This document shows, in pieces, positions 1 to 12,800 of a DNA stretch of 64,000 nt; the stretch's first letter is position 1; each line of letters opens with the position of its first letter. Under the pieces are notes generated by a model. It did not search any database. It saw only the letters and a program-made list of their open reading frames with translations, and was not told the origin of the DNA. The position numbers were made by a program, and so were the translations under genes. The DNA is from Chrysomallon squamiferum (taxonomy: Eukaryota > Animalia > Mollusca), in contig CM022667.1 of the NCBI GenBank assembly GCA_012295275.1, positions 21,638,001-21,702,000 of the forward strand. The letters are read 5' to 3'.

Positions 1-61
1 AAACACTGATTTCTGGATTCATCTAAATGTTTTATTTCTTGTTTCTATAAATTTATTTTAG

Positions 62-689
62 TGTTTCGTGGCTCTTCTGATGATCATACCAGGAAACATT
101 GGCGGTCTCATACAGTTTTTTAGTTTTACTTCTTGGATGTTTTATGGGTTGACGTTTACTTCACTTGTTATACTTAGATACACGAAGAAGGACGTTGAAA
201 GACCGTACAAGGTAGACATTTACACCGCTCTGTTTGCAATCCTATTCTTCTACTCTCTTTTTTCATTTCTTTCTTTCTTTCTGTATGTCGGTGTGTATTT
301 TTAACTGATTTTTCTTTGTTTAATTTTATTGTATTAGTTTTATTTATTTATTTATTTACTTACTTACTTACTTACATACTTACCTTCTAATTTATTTATT
401 TATTTATTTACTTATATTTTTATTTATATATTACGTTTCTCGATGTTGTTAACTGGCAGCCTGTTTCGTTATTGTTGTTGTTTTTGTTGTCGTCGTTATG
501 TAGTGTCAACAAACTGTTCTGAAATACAGAATAATTAGAGAAAATAATTGAGAATTACAACCAGTCTGTGTTTTCTTTTTATTTCTTTAATAAAAATAGC
601 TAATAATCGCTTAACCAGTTTATAAATACATAAAATTAAATATGAACTCGTTTATACCCATCAAAATACCCAAACAAACACACACACAA

Positions 690-773
<84 letters not shown>

Positions 774-1390
774 AAAGATAATGTAAAGCACATTATAAAT
801 GAATGTTTAAATATAAAACTACAGTATATAAATATAAAAAACAAATAACAAGAAACTATACCATGAAAATATTTCAACACGAATGGTGAAAAATGTTAAT
901 TCTATGACGTGAATTTTTTTTCTTTTTCCTTACATCGCTGCGTCTTTCTGTGTTTCAGGTTCCTCTTGTCATTCCAGTTCTGATGATGTTTGTGTCTCTG
1001 TACCTCGTCATCGCTCCAGTCATAAATGAACCACGGATTGAATTCCTATACGCTTTCCTCTTCATTCTAGGAGGTCTTATTTTCTACGTACCATTCGTTC
1101 ATCTAAGTCTTAAATTTAAATGTTTAGGTAAGTATCCTAAATACTTTTACATAAACTGTTTAATTTATTTCAGTGTTTGATTATAAGTACTTGTGGATAT
1201 GTTTGTGTGCGTGTGTACATATACACAATTTTTTATATATTTATATATTTACATACACACATTCACTGGTATATACTTGCATTTGTTCAAGTTTATTGTA
1301 TATACCTTTATATCTATTTCAGATAAACTTACTATTTATTTACAACTGTTTCTCGAGGTTGTACCATGTTGTTACACTCCTGTTGACTAG
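62..1390 (+). CDS. SLC7 (LAT / b(0,+)AT-like) amino-acid transporter light chain, last three coding exons (gene begins upstream of window)
   Basis: Exons 62-211, 959-1127, 1323-1390 with AG/GT ends and consistent phase. Translation includes FSFTSWMFYGL...LRYTKKDVERPYKVPLVIP...GLIFYVPFVH...TIYLQLFLEVVP, the typical C-terminal TM region of SLC7 light chains; stop TAG at 1388-1390. Confidence 0.88.
677..768. repeat. (CA)n/(GA)n microsatellite in SLC7 intron
   Basis: Direct observation. Confidence 0.95.
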
Positions 1391-1549
1391 ACGAGATCTA
1401 AAGCTTGACTTCATATATTCAGTATTTGTACCAAAAAATAATAAATTTCATCATCAAGCAGAACACAGACTCAGTGCTGTCGTTGATCGACCTGTATCGG
1501 TAAACAGTTGCATGTTATGAAGGAACGTATTATGGGTGTGCATGTACGT

Positions 1550-1705
1550 TTGTGTGTGTATGAGCGTGTGAGTGTGGATGTGTGTATATATGTTTGTGTG
1601 TGTATATGTGTGTGTGTGAATATATTATGTACATATATATATATGTGTGTGTGTGTGTGTGGATGTGTGTGTGTTAATATATTTATGTATGTGTGTGTAT
1701 ATATA

Positions 1706-1736
<31 letters not shown>

Positions 1737-1780
1737 ATGTGTGTGTATATGTATGTATGTGTGTGTGTACCTGTTTGTGT
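1550..1780. repeat. Degenerate (TG)n/(TATG)n microsatellite
   Basis: Direct observation; source of spurious CVCV ORFs. Confidence 0.9.
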
Positions 1781-2080
1781 TTATAAGTGATTGTGTATGT
1801 ATTTTATGTGTATGTCTATCTGAGTAATTTCTGAAAACGTGAAAAATAACGAATAAACACTAAAATCAGTTTAATGAGTTTTGTTGAATAGTTTATTAGA
1901 AATAATAACTTGATAAAAATATTAAACAAACTGTAAAATTATATTGTGCTTGTTGTTATATTCATTAACTGCAATCTTTTGAAAATGTCAGCAAAAGAGA
2001 AAAGTAATAAAAAGATTTTCAAAAATTCGGCTTTGTGAAAGTATGATAATATACATTGTTTCGCTTTGTGCGCTTACCAA

Positions 2081-2147
2081 CTCTCTCTCTCCCTCCTCCC
2101 TCCCTCTCTCTCTCTCCCCCTCTCTCTATCTCTCTCCCTCCTCTCTC

Positions 2148-2222
<75 letters not shown>

Positions 2223-2260
2223 CCCTCTATATCTCTCTCCTCTCTCTCCCTCCTCCCTCC

Positions 2261-2306
<46 letters not shown>

Positions 2307-2356
2307 CCTCCCTCCACCCTCTCTCTCCCCTCTCTCTCTCTCTCTCTCTCCTCCCT

Positions 2357-2451
<95 letters not shown>

Positions 2452-2480
2452 CGCTCTCGCTCTCACACACTCACACACAC
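2081..2480. repeat. ~400 bp (CT)n polypyrimidine tract ending in (CA)n
   Basis: Direct observation; source of spurious SLSL/ERER ORFs. Confidence 0.95.
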
Positions 2481-3284
2481 AAAGTATTGGTGGTCGTGAC
2501 TTGTGTAAATCCGCGATGTTGATGTTCGTGCGTACATGATGTTCCTACCATTATGAAGTGGAACTGGGTTTACCATTTTTTCATAGCTACTTTATTATTG
2601 TAACATTGTTTTTGCTAACATGTGTTTAGTACACGTTGACAATGATTTATCCGAAATACTTGGTACAAGAAATATTTCAGATTTTGGAATATAAGGAGTC
2701 TAAATACGAATTCCATTTATATTTCATATATAGTTTATACAAACTGCTGTAGTTTTTATATAATAATTTTATGAATGACAATCCTAAAACTGTAAGTTAC
2801 CACTATTTCTGCAATTCGGAAAGAGTTCCTCAGCCTGAAGTAAGAGGTTTCTGTTTATAATTTGGGTTATAAGAAATTTATAATGTTTAATCGTCAGCAG
2901 AGAATATAGAAAATATATAATTTATACGGTCCGTCGGTATTCTGTCACGGGTATCTTAGCAAAAGATGTGGAAGAACTGTTTCTTGTAGTTAATCTTCTG
3001 ATAATCATTTTCAGCAAGGTCGAGTAGTGTTTCTTCTTTAACAATTGAAATGATTTTCCTCGAAACAATTATCTTTAGACTGTTGTGTGTAAATTACGTG
3101 TAGTTCACTAGCTTATGATCACAAAGTTGGTCCCATGAAGAATAATCGCGATGTAAAAACTGCCTTCATTAAATGTTTCCGTTCCGGCATGCGTAATAAA
3201 GTATATTATTCAATATTAACAATAACATAACAAATAATGAAATAATGAAAAATATGAATTGCTTCCTTGCATCCACATTTATAA

Positions 3285-3379
3285 CAGACTGACTACGGTA
3301 GCTGTTAAACACTGGTCCGGACATTGACCTTGTCAGTAAACAGTACGTCCGAATAGAAAACGTTGACTGGTCAGAACAG
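3285..3379 (+). other. Probable non-coding 5' exon of the acyl-CoA synthetase gene (start approximate)
   Basis: Strong donor CAG|GTGAGT after 3379; acceptor TTCCAG ends at 4131, one base before the ATG at 4133; in-frame TAG at 3354-3356 makes it non-coding. Confidence 0.4.
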
Positions 3380-4132
3380 GTGAGTAATCTTTCAATCTCT
3401 GCAGATTACCTTTATATTATAAATACAAATAAAAATATAAAAAAGTATATGATATAAAAGATGTTTTATTTCTTGTTATTAATAATTATTAAAATTCTCT
3501 GTATTATTAAATATATTATTTTCAAGGCCGAATTAATCTAGAAGGTAAACATGTTATGGGTTTCATACTAAATGATAAGCAAATTTTTGTTTCCTAGACT
3601 GTCGAACATTGACACTGCTTCTCTTTGATTTTTTTTTTACGTGAAGCTTAAACTCTTTTACTGCCAGTATGCGACTTTACACATTCACCAGATCTAGGCT
3701 TGATGTTTGGGATATCTAGTATTATTTCATTTTCCCAAACTAATTCGGTAGTCTTATTTTGAAACAATTCTTTTGCTTCGGTTCGATAGACATGTCTCTA
3801 AGTTCGTCAAATTTTTGGGTAGGGTTTTCTGCGTTGTTTTGACCCAAAAGAAACATAAAAGAGAATCTAGCCTGTCTACTTCCAGTGGATCTCCAAAGAT
3901 TTCAAAAATACACCATTTAATTATTTGAAGAAACAAAACTTATAACTTAAGCTAACAAACGTAGTTTTTAAAACACGAAAAATTGAATTTCACATTAAGC
4001 TGTTAAATGAAAAACTATATTTAGCGTCCCTTAATAAAATATCCTGCATGTTATACACCAGCTTAGACATTTATACTTTATTATTATCATCATCATCATC
4101 ATCATCATCTTTAGTATTATTATTATTCCAGT

Positions 4133-5746
4133 ATGCAAACAACAGTCCAAGCTAGAGTGAAATACCTTGCTGAAACCAATCCCCAAAAAGAGGTTTTTGT
4201 GTTTGTTTCTAACTCTGGTCAGCGAACCGCGCTCACCTGTCATCAGTTGTTTGAACTATCCTGCAGCTTTGGGTCATTATTAAAAAAAAGAGGTATTAAA
4301 CCTGGAAACGTCGTCTGCAACACACTTCCAAATTCACTGGAAATGGTCGTTTGTGATTTTGGTACCCTAGCAGCAGGTGGCGTCATCTTGAACAAGACTG
4401 CCTACCTTTCAGATGGCTCTGATCTTTGTTATATGTTAAATACTTCGAAATGTAAAATAATCATAGCGGATCCGAATCAAACTCCAAATGACTGGAATAT
4501 CCTTAAAATGCAAATTGACGACATTTCCGAAGACGATCGTATTACATCTGAAAAATTACCTTTCCTTGAAAGTGTCATTCTCGCTCCAGTTACAAATGGA
4601 AATGATGAATTTATTCTACGACTCCAAGAAGAAGATTCTTATTTATATACCTGTGGTTCACCGTCAGACGCTGGAACCATCTGGATGACGTCTGGTACCA
4701 CCGGACTTCCCAAACTGATCCTGACTTCTCACAACTCATTACTAATAAATGCTCGCATCTGGGCATCCATAATGAATGAAAAATTCAATTCGATATTATT
4801 CAATGATACTGCTATGGGACATGCATCTTCTTTTGCCTTTTCTTTTCTTGCATCCTGCGCAAAAAGGGTTTTGATTGATCGACGCTTCCAACTTCCTTTA
4901 GATTTAGAGAAGTTTATCTGGGAAGTGGTCTGCTCAGAGGAATGCACTGCAGCTTTTATGTCTCCTCTTTTGTTCAAAGCAATTTTAAGAAGAACGGATG
5001 TTTTAGAAAGAAACAACTATCTTCTAGACGTTATGTGTGTTGCTGGACAACCTGTGCGAAAGGAATGGTCAGATTTAATAGGTAAAATGACACGGTCCGT
5101 TTGTCTGGTTTACGGCTTTTCAGAAATGGGGTACTGTACTTCGATACTTTGTCGGACACCGTCAGAGATGTCTGATTACATTGCTGGGTTTCTGTCTGCA
5201 GAGGGTATAAAGCTGAAGGTGGTTAAGGATAATTTACAAGAAACTGAAGCAGGAGAACAAGGTAATCTACTGGTTCACTCTAACTGGATGTTCAGAGGCT
5301 ACACTGGATATGAGGAACAGAACAAGTCAAAGTTTACAGAAGATGGATGGTTCAAAACCGATGATCTGGCTTTCAGGAACAACGAAGGATGTCTGTACGT
5401 TGTATGTCGAAAGTCTGACGCTATAGCAAGAGGAGCATGCACTGTATATCCGTCCTATTATGAAACTGTCATAGGCTCGTTACCAACCGTCGCCGAAGTC
5501 ATCGCTGTCCCCATGCCAGACAAAGACCTTGGCAATGAAATATGCGCTTGCGTCATTTTTAATCACGAATTTATCTATAATGAAAACGAGGTGGCAGAAA
5601 TATGTGATTCGCTGTTCATAAAAGGGTCTGATATTCCAGAACCACGATATTACATGGTGATGAAAAAGTTCCCAGAATTATCATCGGGAAAGCCCGACAA
5701 AAAGCAGCTCATAAAAATGGCAATGGAAAAATTTAATTTGTTGTGA
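4133..5746 (+). CDS. AMP-binding (ANL superfamily) acyl-CoA synthetase-like enzyme, 537 aa, single coding exon
   Basis: Uninterrupted ORF with P-loop WMTSGTTGLPK, YGFSE, GWFKTDD (A7 TGD-like), RKSD hinge and C-terminal catalytic Lys motif PELSSGKPDK. Confidence 0.9.
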   Translation: MQTTVQARVKYLAETNPQKEVFVFVSNSGQRTALTCHQLFELSCSFGSLLKKRGIKPGNVVCNTLPNSLEMVVCDFGTLAAGGVILNKTAYLSDGSDLCYMLNTSKCKIIIADPNQTPNDWNILKMQIDDISEDDRITSEKLPFLESVILAPVTNGNDEFILRLQEEDSYLYTCGSPSDAGTIWMTSGTTGLPKLILTSHNSLLINARIWASIMNEKFNSILFNDTAMGHASSFAFSFLASCAKRVLIDRRFQLPLDLEKFIWEVVCSEECTAAFMSPLLFKAILRRTDVLERNNYLLDVMCVAGQPVRKEWSDLIGKMTRSVCLVYGFSEMGYCTSILCRTPSEMSDYIAGFLSAEGIKLKVVKDNLQETEAGEQGNLLVHSNWMFRGYTGYEEQNKSKFTEDGWFKTDDLAFRNNEGCLYVVCRKSDAIARGACTVYPSYYETVIGSLPTVAEVIAVPMPDKDLGNEICACVIFNHEFIYNENEVAEICDSLFIKGSDIPEPRYYMVMKKFPELSSGKPDKKQLIKMAMEKFNLL

Positions 5747-5974
5747 ATTTTAACTGAACAAAGCAGTCACAGATCTTTACTGTTAATAAAACACGAACAA
5801 AATATTATATAACAAGAAGCATCTCGTGAAAGCAGTAATGGAAAATTATAATATCAACTGAACTTCAGCTGAACTAGTTTTATAATCAGATATCTACATG
5901 TACATTAAACAGAGTATTGTAACAAATTTTTGGTTACCCTTTTTATTTATTTTGGTTCTTGTTGTTTTAGATGA

Positions 5975-5976
<2 letters not shown>

Positions 5977-6009
<33 letters not shown>

Positions 6010-6037
6010 GAAAAATGAAATGACTATCATGATGATG

Positions 6038-6068
<31 letters not shown>

Positions 6069-6201
6069 TAAAATAAATAAGAATGAAAGCCAAGACATAT
6101 ATTTATATGCATACATACATACATATATACATACATACATATATACATACATACATACATACATACATACATACACACATACATACATGCATACATATAC
6201 A

Positions 6202-6233
<32 letters not shown>

Positions 6234-6317
6234 AATGTAAAATATCCTCTGTCATAATCGCAACAATATATCTTACTTAAGACAGGTCAAAAGTGTATGT
6301 CTGTCTCTCTGTGTATG

Positions 6318-6386
<69 letters not shown>
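5977..6386. repeat. Microsatellite cluster (ATT)n, (AAT)n, (ATAC)n, (GT)n(GA)n
   Basis: Direct observation. Confidence 0.9.
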
Positions 6387-6390
<4 letters not shown>

Positions 6391-6735
6391 TTTTAATAGT
6401 GTTAGTTTACTCGATGCTGTACAGCTAGTTATTGCCTACTTGGAAACAGAAATACTTAAACTCAGTTACATTTACTTGATAGCAGTAGAAAGAAACGTGA
6501 ATATAATAATATGTAGCAGATGTTTTGTTGTTGTTGGTTTTTAAGACAATAACGGATATTACGGAAACATGGTGTGTAGACAATAATAATTTCAGTGTAT
6601 TGTGAAGACATACGTGTGTTAGCAGTTTGGTTTAACCTTCAACATTCTCGAATGTGCTATCAAACATCATATATACTGCGTGAAAAATAAAACTCAGATT
6701 AAAGAAAATACTTAATATTATTATATACGATACGT

Positions 6736-6738
<3 letters not shown>

Positions 6739-6809
<71 letters not shown>

Positions 6810-6814
6810 ACAAC

Positions 6815-6850
<36 letters not shown>
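6739..6850. repeat. (CT)n + (CA)n microsatellite
   Basis: Direct observation. Confidence 0.95.
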
Positions 6851-6853
<3 letters not shown>

Positions 6854-7250
6854 CATATGCATATACACATCCATCCACACAAACACGTAATTCATTTATT
6901 CATGAAACGGCCACTGTATTTAACACTAGCTAGTTATATGTCACCCTCCTTACTTTTTTGCTTTACATCTATTTATATCACAAGAGTCAGCAGTAACCAG
7001 CTCTATAAATACAGCTGATTAAGTGGGAGAATATTCTCTACAAATCTGTGACGTAGATGTAGCTTAAATTAAGTAGTGGAAAACATAACATAATGGGCTT
7101 ACTTTATTTTGTTTCTGTTGCTACTGTTTTAGTAAAAAAAAAATTGTTTCAGAATATAAAAATTAAAAGGTCAGTGCGACAAAATTTTATTTTTAATAAT
7201 ATCAAACATTTTGATTTTTATTGAATTAAATTTGAATTTCGTCGTTCCTT

Positions 7251-7309
<59 letters not shown>

Positions 7310-7585
7310 GTCTGTATGGGTGTGATGTATATGGCTCTTACTATTGCAGATGATATTCTAAAAATCTAAATAATATCAAATCTAAATAATTTTTCATTCT
7401 AAAAGAGGAGAACGTTTTTTCGAATTCGAAAAAAGTAAATATCGATACTTTCGGTGTGACAGAATAACTTCTTAGAAAAAAAATGAAAAATAAAAAATCC
7501 AAAACCCCAACACAACACAGTTTACTGAGATGTAATACATTAAGTTAAATATTATTATCAGTGCCTAAAAAAAACAATTCCCATT

Positions 7586-7731
7586 TATCACGTGATACAC
7601 TGTTTATCACGTGATTAGGCAATCCCTGGAGGAACGGAAATAGTCTTTAGTTTACTTCCTGTCCGCATTGGGTGTTTTAATTATAAACAAAAGAAATCAG
7701 ATTGGGAAAGAAAGTTGAGAAACAGAGTGTG
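7586..7731 (+). promoter_or_regulatory. Putative RabX6 promoter / first non-coding exon: tandem ATCACGTGAT E-boxes plus ETS-like cores
   Basis: ATCACGTGAT at 7587-7596 and 7606-7615; CGGAAA and ACTTCCTG just downstream; donor GTG|GTAAGT after 7731; acceptor TTCTCAG ends at 10661 before the Rab ATG. Confidence 0.5.
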
Positions 7732-10671
7732 GTAAGTTTTCGAAATATTTAAGCTACAGAGAAAAGTTATTGATGTATTGGTCATAATCAGATAATTTGA
7801 TTGTGCTATATCGTGCCATGGTTTAACTTTACGTCTAAGTTATTTCACTCGTTGATTTAATCACACTTCATACTTATAAAATATTATAATATGATAATTT
7901 ATTACTCATTTATGTTTTACTAAATTAAGTTTTGCTCATTCGAGTAATAGTTGACAGATTCCATAACAATACAATGATGATTAAGATGTATGACAAATAA
8001 TATTGAATGTTTTCATGTGCGTCGTTCGTTGAGGGTGTGGACATGCAAAAACAGTAACATTGTATTATGTATATATAAATTATATTACAAATTAGTATAA
8101 TAGTATAATAGTATAATACTCAGTCCCGACTATTTCCAGTAACTGACAATTTTGGATATATAATATCAGATTAATAATTTATATAGAACCTGCTATATTC
8201 ATAATATTGTGTGCTGATGGTTCTTCCAGAGCTTTGCGAGTTTGTTTTCAAGTTAGCTTTCATACTTTAAATACTTACATATTCAACATACATACATCCC
8301 CCAAAATTCATGTTTAAATTAAATAATTAAAAATGTCATTTAATGAAAAAATGTATTATCAATGTAATGATGTATAGCTGTTACATACATTGATTTATTT
8401 TGCATAGTCTAGGACTTCTGAACATATTCCTTCTGAATATTCCAATCCTTATTCAGTCAGTTACTGTGTAAGCTGAAATAGTTTTTGTACTTCTTTGTAA
8501 TTATTATTTTTGTTTACAGGATTTATCATAAATGAATTCAAGTGATAAGTATGTGTAATAGCTATCTTCAAGTTGCATATTGAATATTCATATAGACCTC
8601 AATGTAACAAATGTCTTAACAGCCTCTTGTAACAGTCTGATTAGGTGTGTACAAATGACCTAATTGTGTTTTGCCTGTTTCCAAGTCATTTTTATATTTT
8701 ACTCTTCATCAATTAATAATAATGGACCTGTAAAAATTATGTGCATGACTGGAGCCTGACATTTTCACATTTTATTATTTCTATTTTCAATCTGTCTCTA
8801 GTTGAAAAAAACTTACACACACTTATATATAGATATATATATATATAAATGGTTCTGTTTTTAAAAGAAAGGGAAAAATTAATATCTGCCTATTCGTCGG
8901 TTTTTTTGTAATTTCTAATTTGCAATAGATAAATAAATCAATAGCTTGGAAAGATCAGAGATTATTTAAGCCATTTGTACACACCAACATTAATATTAGA
9001 AATCACAATATATCTATAACAAGGTAATGCATAATTGTATCCTATTTTATCCTAATACAAATTTCATTAAAGCAGTTGGTTGACTGTTTTGTGCATTTCA
9101 TGCATCATGTAGTTAAAAATAAACATTAAAATTTTCATAGTAAAATATCCTGTTTGCATGTTTTTCTTCATTAGTCATTATCTAAACCTCTAAAACCATG
9201 CAGTGATTCATTATTTGAATAATATTGCATGGCCATGTAAAACATTTTATTTATATTTGCATGTATTCTAAACACATTAATTAATCATATATACCCGTAT
9301 TAAATATTTGTATATATATATAATTGTACATTGCATACATATATAAAATGTAAACTGAATTAGTGTTTGAAAACATAATACATTTTAAAATCTGAAAGTT
9401 GAAATCTGCTGCAACCACTCCAAGACCTGCCATTAGCAGAGATAACTCTTTTATTATCATGAACATAAAAATAAACAACTGCACTAGTAGATTTACTCTT
9501 TATCAAAACTGAATAGGATTGATTATATGACCAATTATGCATCAGATCAGCATTTTACCACACACATATGAATTATTGTTTTTTTTCACAGATAATAAAA
9601 CCTTGAGTAAAATACCTAAGTTATCTTAATGAATCTTGCTAGAAAGTCTAAGTTTTATTTTGGCGATTTCAGCACATATTTGTCAGCTGGGTGCTGTGGA
9701 TAAGAAAACATGATCCGCAGACGTCTTGCAGCTAATCAACATACACCACTTTTACAGGGTTTTTTTTTTTTAATAATATCTCAGGCACTGTTTAGATACA
9801 TTTAAATAATTTGTTCTGGTCTACATGACATGGTGAGAAAATTAGACTGTTACCATAAGTTAAAAAGTGAAAGCAGATATTAAAATTTATTTAGTGTAAG
9901 TATTTTTATGTTTACATTTCTTGGGTTTTATAAAGTGGATGGTAAATAATTTTAAGTGCAATGGATATGTGTTTATCTTGGGGGATTGGTGTTATTTTAT
10001 TTAAATATCTTTCAAAGAAAATGTACTAATAATTTGCATGGTAAACAAATTACCTTATCCTCAAGAAATTGTAATGAGTGATTTTTATGTGAAAATTTCA
10101 TGGATTAGATTTTCTGGGGCAAGAAGTGATATTCTTTTTCATGAACTAACTACTTTGAAAGAAATTGATTTAAAGTATATTTTTGATAATGAAGTAGATG
10201 GAGCTAGAAATTATTATTGTGAAGAGAAATGGGTAAATAATCTAGGATGAGCGGTTTAAAAGGGTGTGTGTGTGTCCCTGTGCTGAGTAGACTAGCACAA
10301 CAAATAGGACTCGCTGTTACACCTGTTCAACTATTGCTGTCTTGTAAAAATATGTTCTGTAATGCCTTCTAATGTAGGTATGCTGGGGGTTACACTCAGG
10401 ATTCAGCAACATTCATGATAAAACCAGGAGCTCAAGGGCTATTATTTTTAAATATATTTAGCATTTTGTTTTTTAATGATTAATTTTATATATTTGTTTC
10501 ATGCATTATATATTTTTGGTTTTGTTTGTATTAATACTGACAGTGTTTTTTAATCTAATATAATTATTTTACACTCTTTCTGTGTTTGTCATGATATTAT
10601 AACTTTTAGTATACTTTATATATATATATTTAATGTTTCTTTCTTGATATTTTTTTCTCAGAGTGGCCAGT

Positions 10672-11628
10672 ATGGCCACTGGTCTACCCAACTACAAGGT
10701 GATTCTGTGTGGAGAATACGGGGTTGGGAAGAGTTCTATATTCCGCAGATTCATGGATAACACATTCATCAGTCAGACAGGAAAGAAGTCAACAATAGGA
10801 TTGGACCAAAGTTCTCGAGTTTACATCATAGGTGACACAGAGGTCAAGGTCTGTACTATTTAGTTACATACTTGTAAAAATGAGTTTGTTGCTTGTACAT
10901 CAGTAATTATAAATGATTTACTGATAAAGTAGTTTTGTTATTAATCATTCTACTTGTATGAACATTACAATTAAAATTTCATATCTTCATGATCTTATGA
11001 TCTTATATTATTGGGACTTGTTTTTTGTGGAAATGCTTAGTAACCTGATGGAAATAGTTAAAAAAAAAAAAAAAAAATAGTGATTTAAATGAAATACATG
11101 CTGATAATAATCAGTTGCAAATAAAAATATATATAGATTATGAAAAACACAGTTGACAATGATGATGATAACATTATAATTTCACAGCTGACTCTGTGGG
11201 ACACTGGTGGAATGGAGAGAATGAGTTTCATTGGTTCCAGCTACTACCGTGGTGCTCATGCCGCTCTACTCTGCTACAACTACAACAACAGGGAAACATT
11301 TACAATTCTATCTCAGTACATTCTAGATATTGTCATGAACGCTGAGGGAGCAAAGATATTTCTGTGTGGGAATGTGATTGATTCCAGTGGAGACCATGAC
11401 TCTGTGACTGATGCAGATCTTGACAGTTTTATGAACGAATGTGGTGATGTGTTGTCAGGTGTGTATAAAATTTCAGTGAAGGACAACACAGGAGTAGATG
11501 ATATGTTTGCAGACATGACTAAATTGTTACATGAGGATGCAATGAGTCGTATGACATTGCGCAGGGACTACGTAATTCGCCCAGGAGAAACACCTGAGGC
11601 TGAACAGTCAAAGAAGAAATGTTGTTAA
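10672..11628 (+). CDS. RabX6: Rab-family small GTPase, RabX6-like (205 aa)
   Basis: Exons 10672-10848 and 11188-11628. KVILCGEYGVGKSS (G1), STIGLD, LWDTGGMER (G3), SYYRGA, LDIV..AEGAKIFLCGN, C-terminal CC prenylation motif. These match my recollection of Drosophila RabX6 signatures. Confidence 0.85.
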
Positions 11629-12241
11629 TAATTGTTTCTGAAATGCTGCTTTTATCTTAATTAAAACCGACTAAATCATATTGAATGTACCTGTTACCAT
11701 TCAGATGTATTTAAATACATTCAATATGATTTTTTTTTTTAGTTTTACAATTATTTCTTGCAACCAACAAAATCTAATTACAAAATAATAAGCTTATGTG
11801 GATGAATAGAGATTTTTATTTTATTGTGATGTGATTTCACAAACAGGAATAGAAACACAATTTTCTTTACCTCTCATAGAAAAGGAGGCAAAGTCTTCTA
11901 AAGCTTAATGTTATTGTTAATATAATTTGAAATTAACAATTATTTTATGTCCACACAAAAATATTTTAAAAACATGTCTTTTTATATCAATTATTATTTA
12001 AAAAATCAAATAACATAATATTCTTCTGAGATTATTTCAAAGGTTTTAAAAGTAAGTTTCAAATGATTGACTCCTGTTTCTCATTCCTCTACATGTTCGT
12101 GGCAATCTAAGATAATGAAAGCAGTCTGATAATGTTTTTAGTGTTGAAGTAGCTGTGATCTTTTTAATTGTATTTTGGTCTTCCTCATCCAAAGGTTTGA
12201 TTCTTCCACTTCATTGTATATGTGTGTCAGTGTGTGCGCGC

Positions 12242-12282
<41 letters not shown>

Positions 12283-12639
12283 ATAACAGTGTGCCTTTAG
12301 TTATCCTTTTTATAGCATGTGTTTTTCCTGGTTTATAAATCATAATAGGATTCTTTTTCAAAATCAGTTCATTTTGCAATTTATTTGATAGATATATTAT
12401 TATATAAGTTTGCTTTTTGACAATGACAGTAATTCTAATATATTATAATTGTTTTTTTCCTCATAGTAATGATGACAAATGGCGAAAATGAATATTTCTT
12501 TTTCTCTGTTTATAAGAATAAACAAACAGATTTTAAATGTTACAGAATTGGTTAGTGTAATTTCATATCAGAGTGACTCTAGGCAGCATCTTAGTGGTCT
12601 GTAAATTGCTACAAGTTATCATCTTTAGTGTACCTCATC

Positions 12640-12800
12640 TAATTGGTTTATAATTTACCACTAGTGTTTGTATTATTTTTCCTGTCTGTGGGAAGGTATA
12701 TATAAAAACATCCCGTGCTGCTAACTGGTGAAAAGTAACCCATTGAGTCATATTTCTTCTCAAAAGTTATAAATATTTTATAACATCTGACAATTACAAT
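12640..12800 (+). mobile_element. Degenerate SINE fragment (MetaSINE/MESC-like central domain)
   Basis: TCCTGTCTGTGGGAAGGTATATATAAAAACATCCCGTGCTGCTAA...AAAAGTAACCCAT (12680-12744) resembles the recalled consensus TCCTGTCTGTGGGATGGTGCATATAAAAGATCCCTTGCTGCTAA...AGTAGCCCAT; boundaries approximate. Confidence 0.5.

Noticed and set aside
620-2539. ORFs rich in SL, ER, CV repeats
   Set aside because: Microsatellite translations; only 959-1127 and 1323-1390 are real exons.
5894-6895. YVCM / HTYI / RERE ORFs
   Set aside because: Microsatellite-derived.
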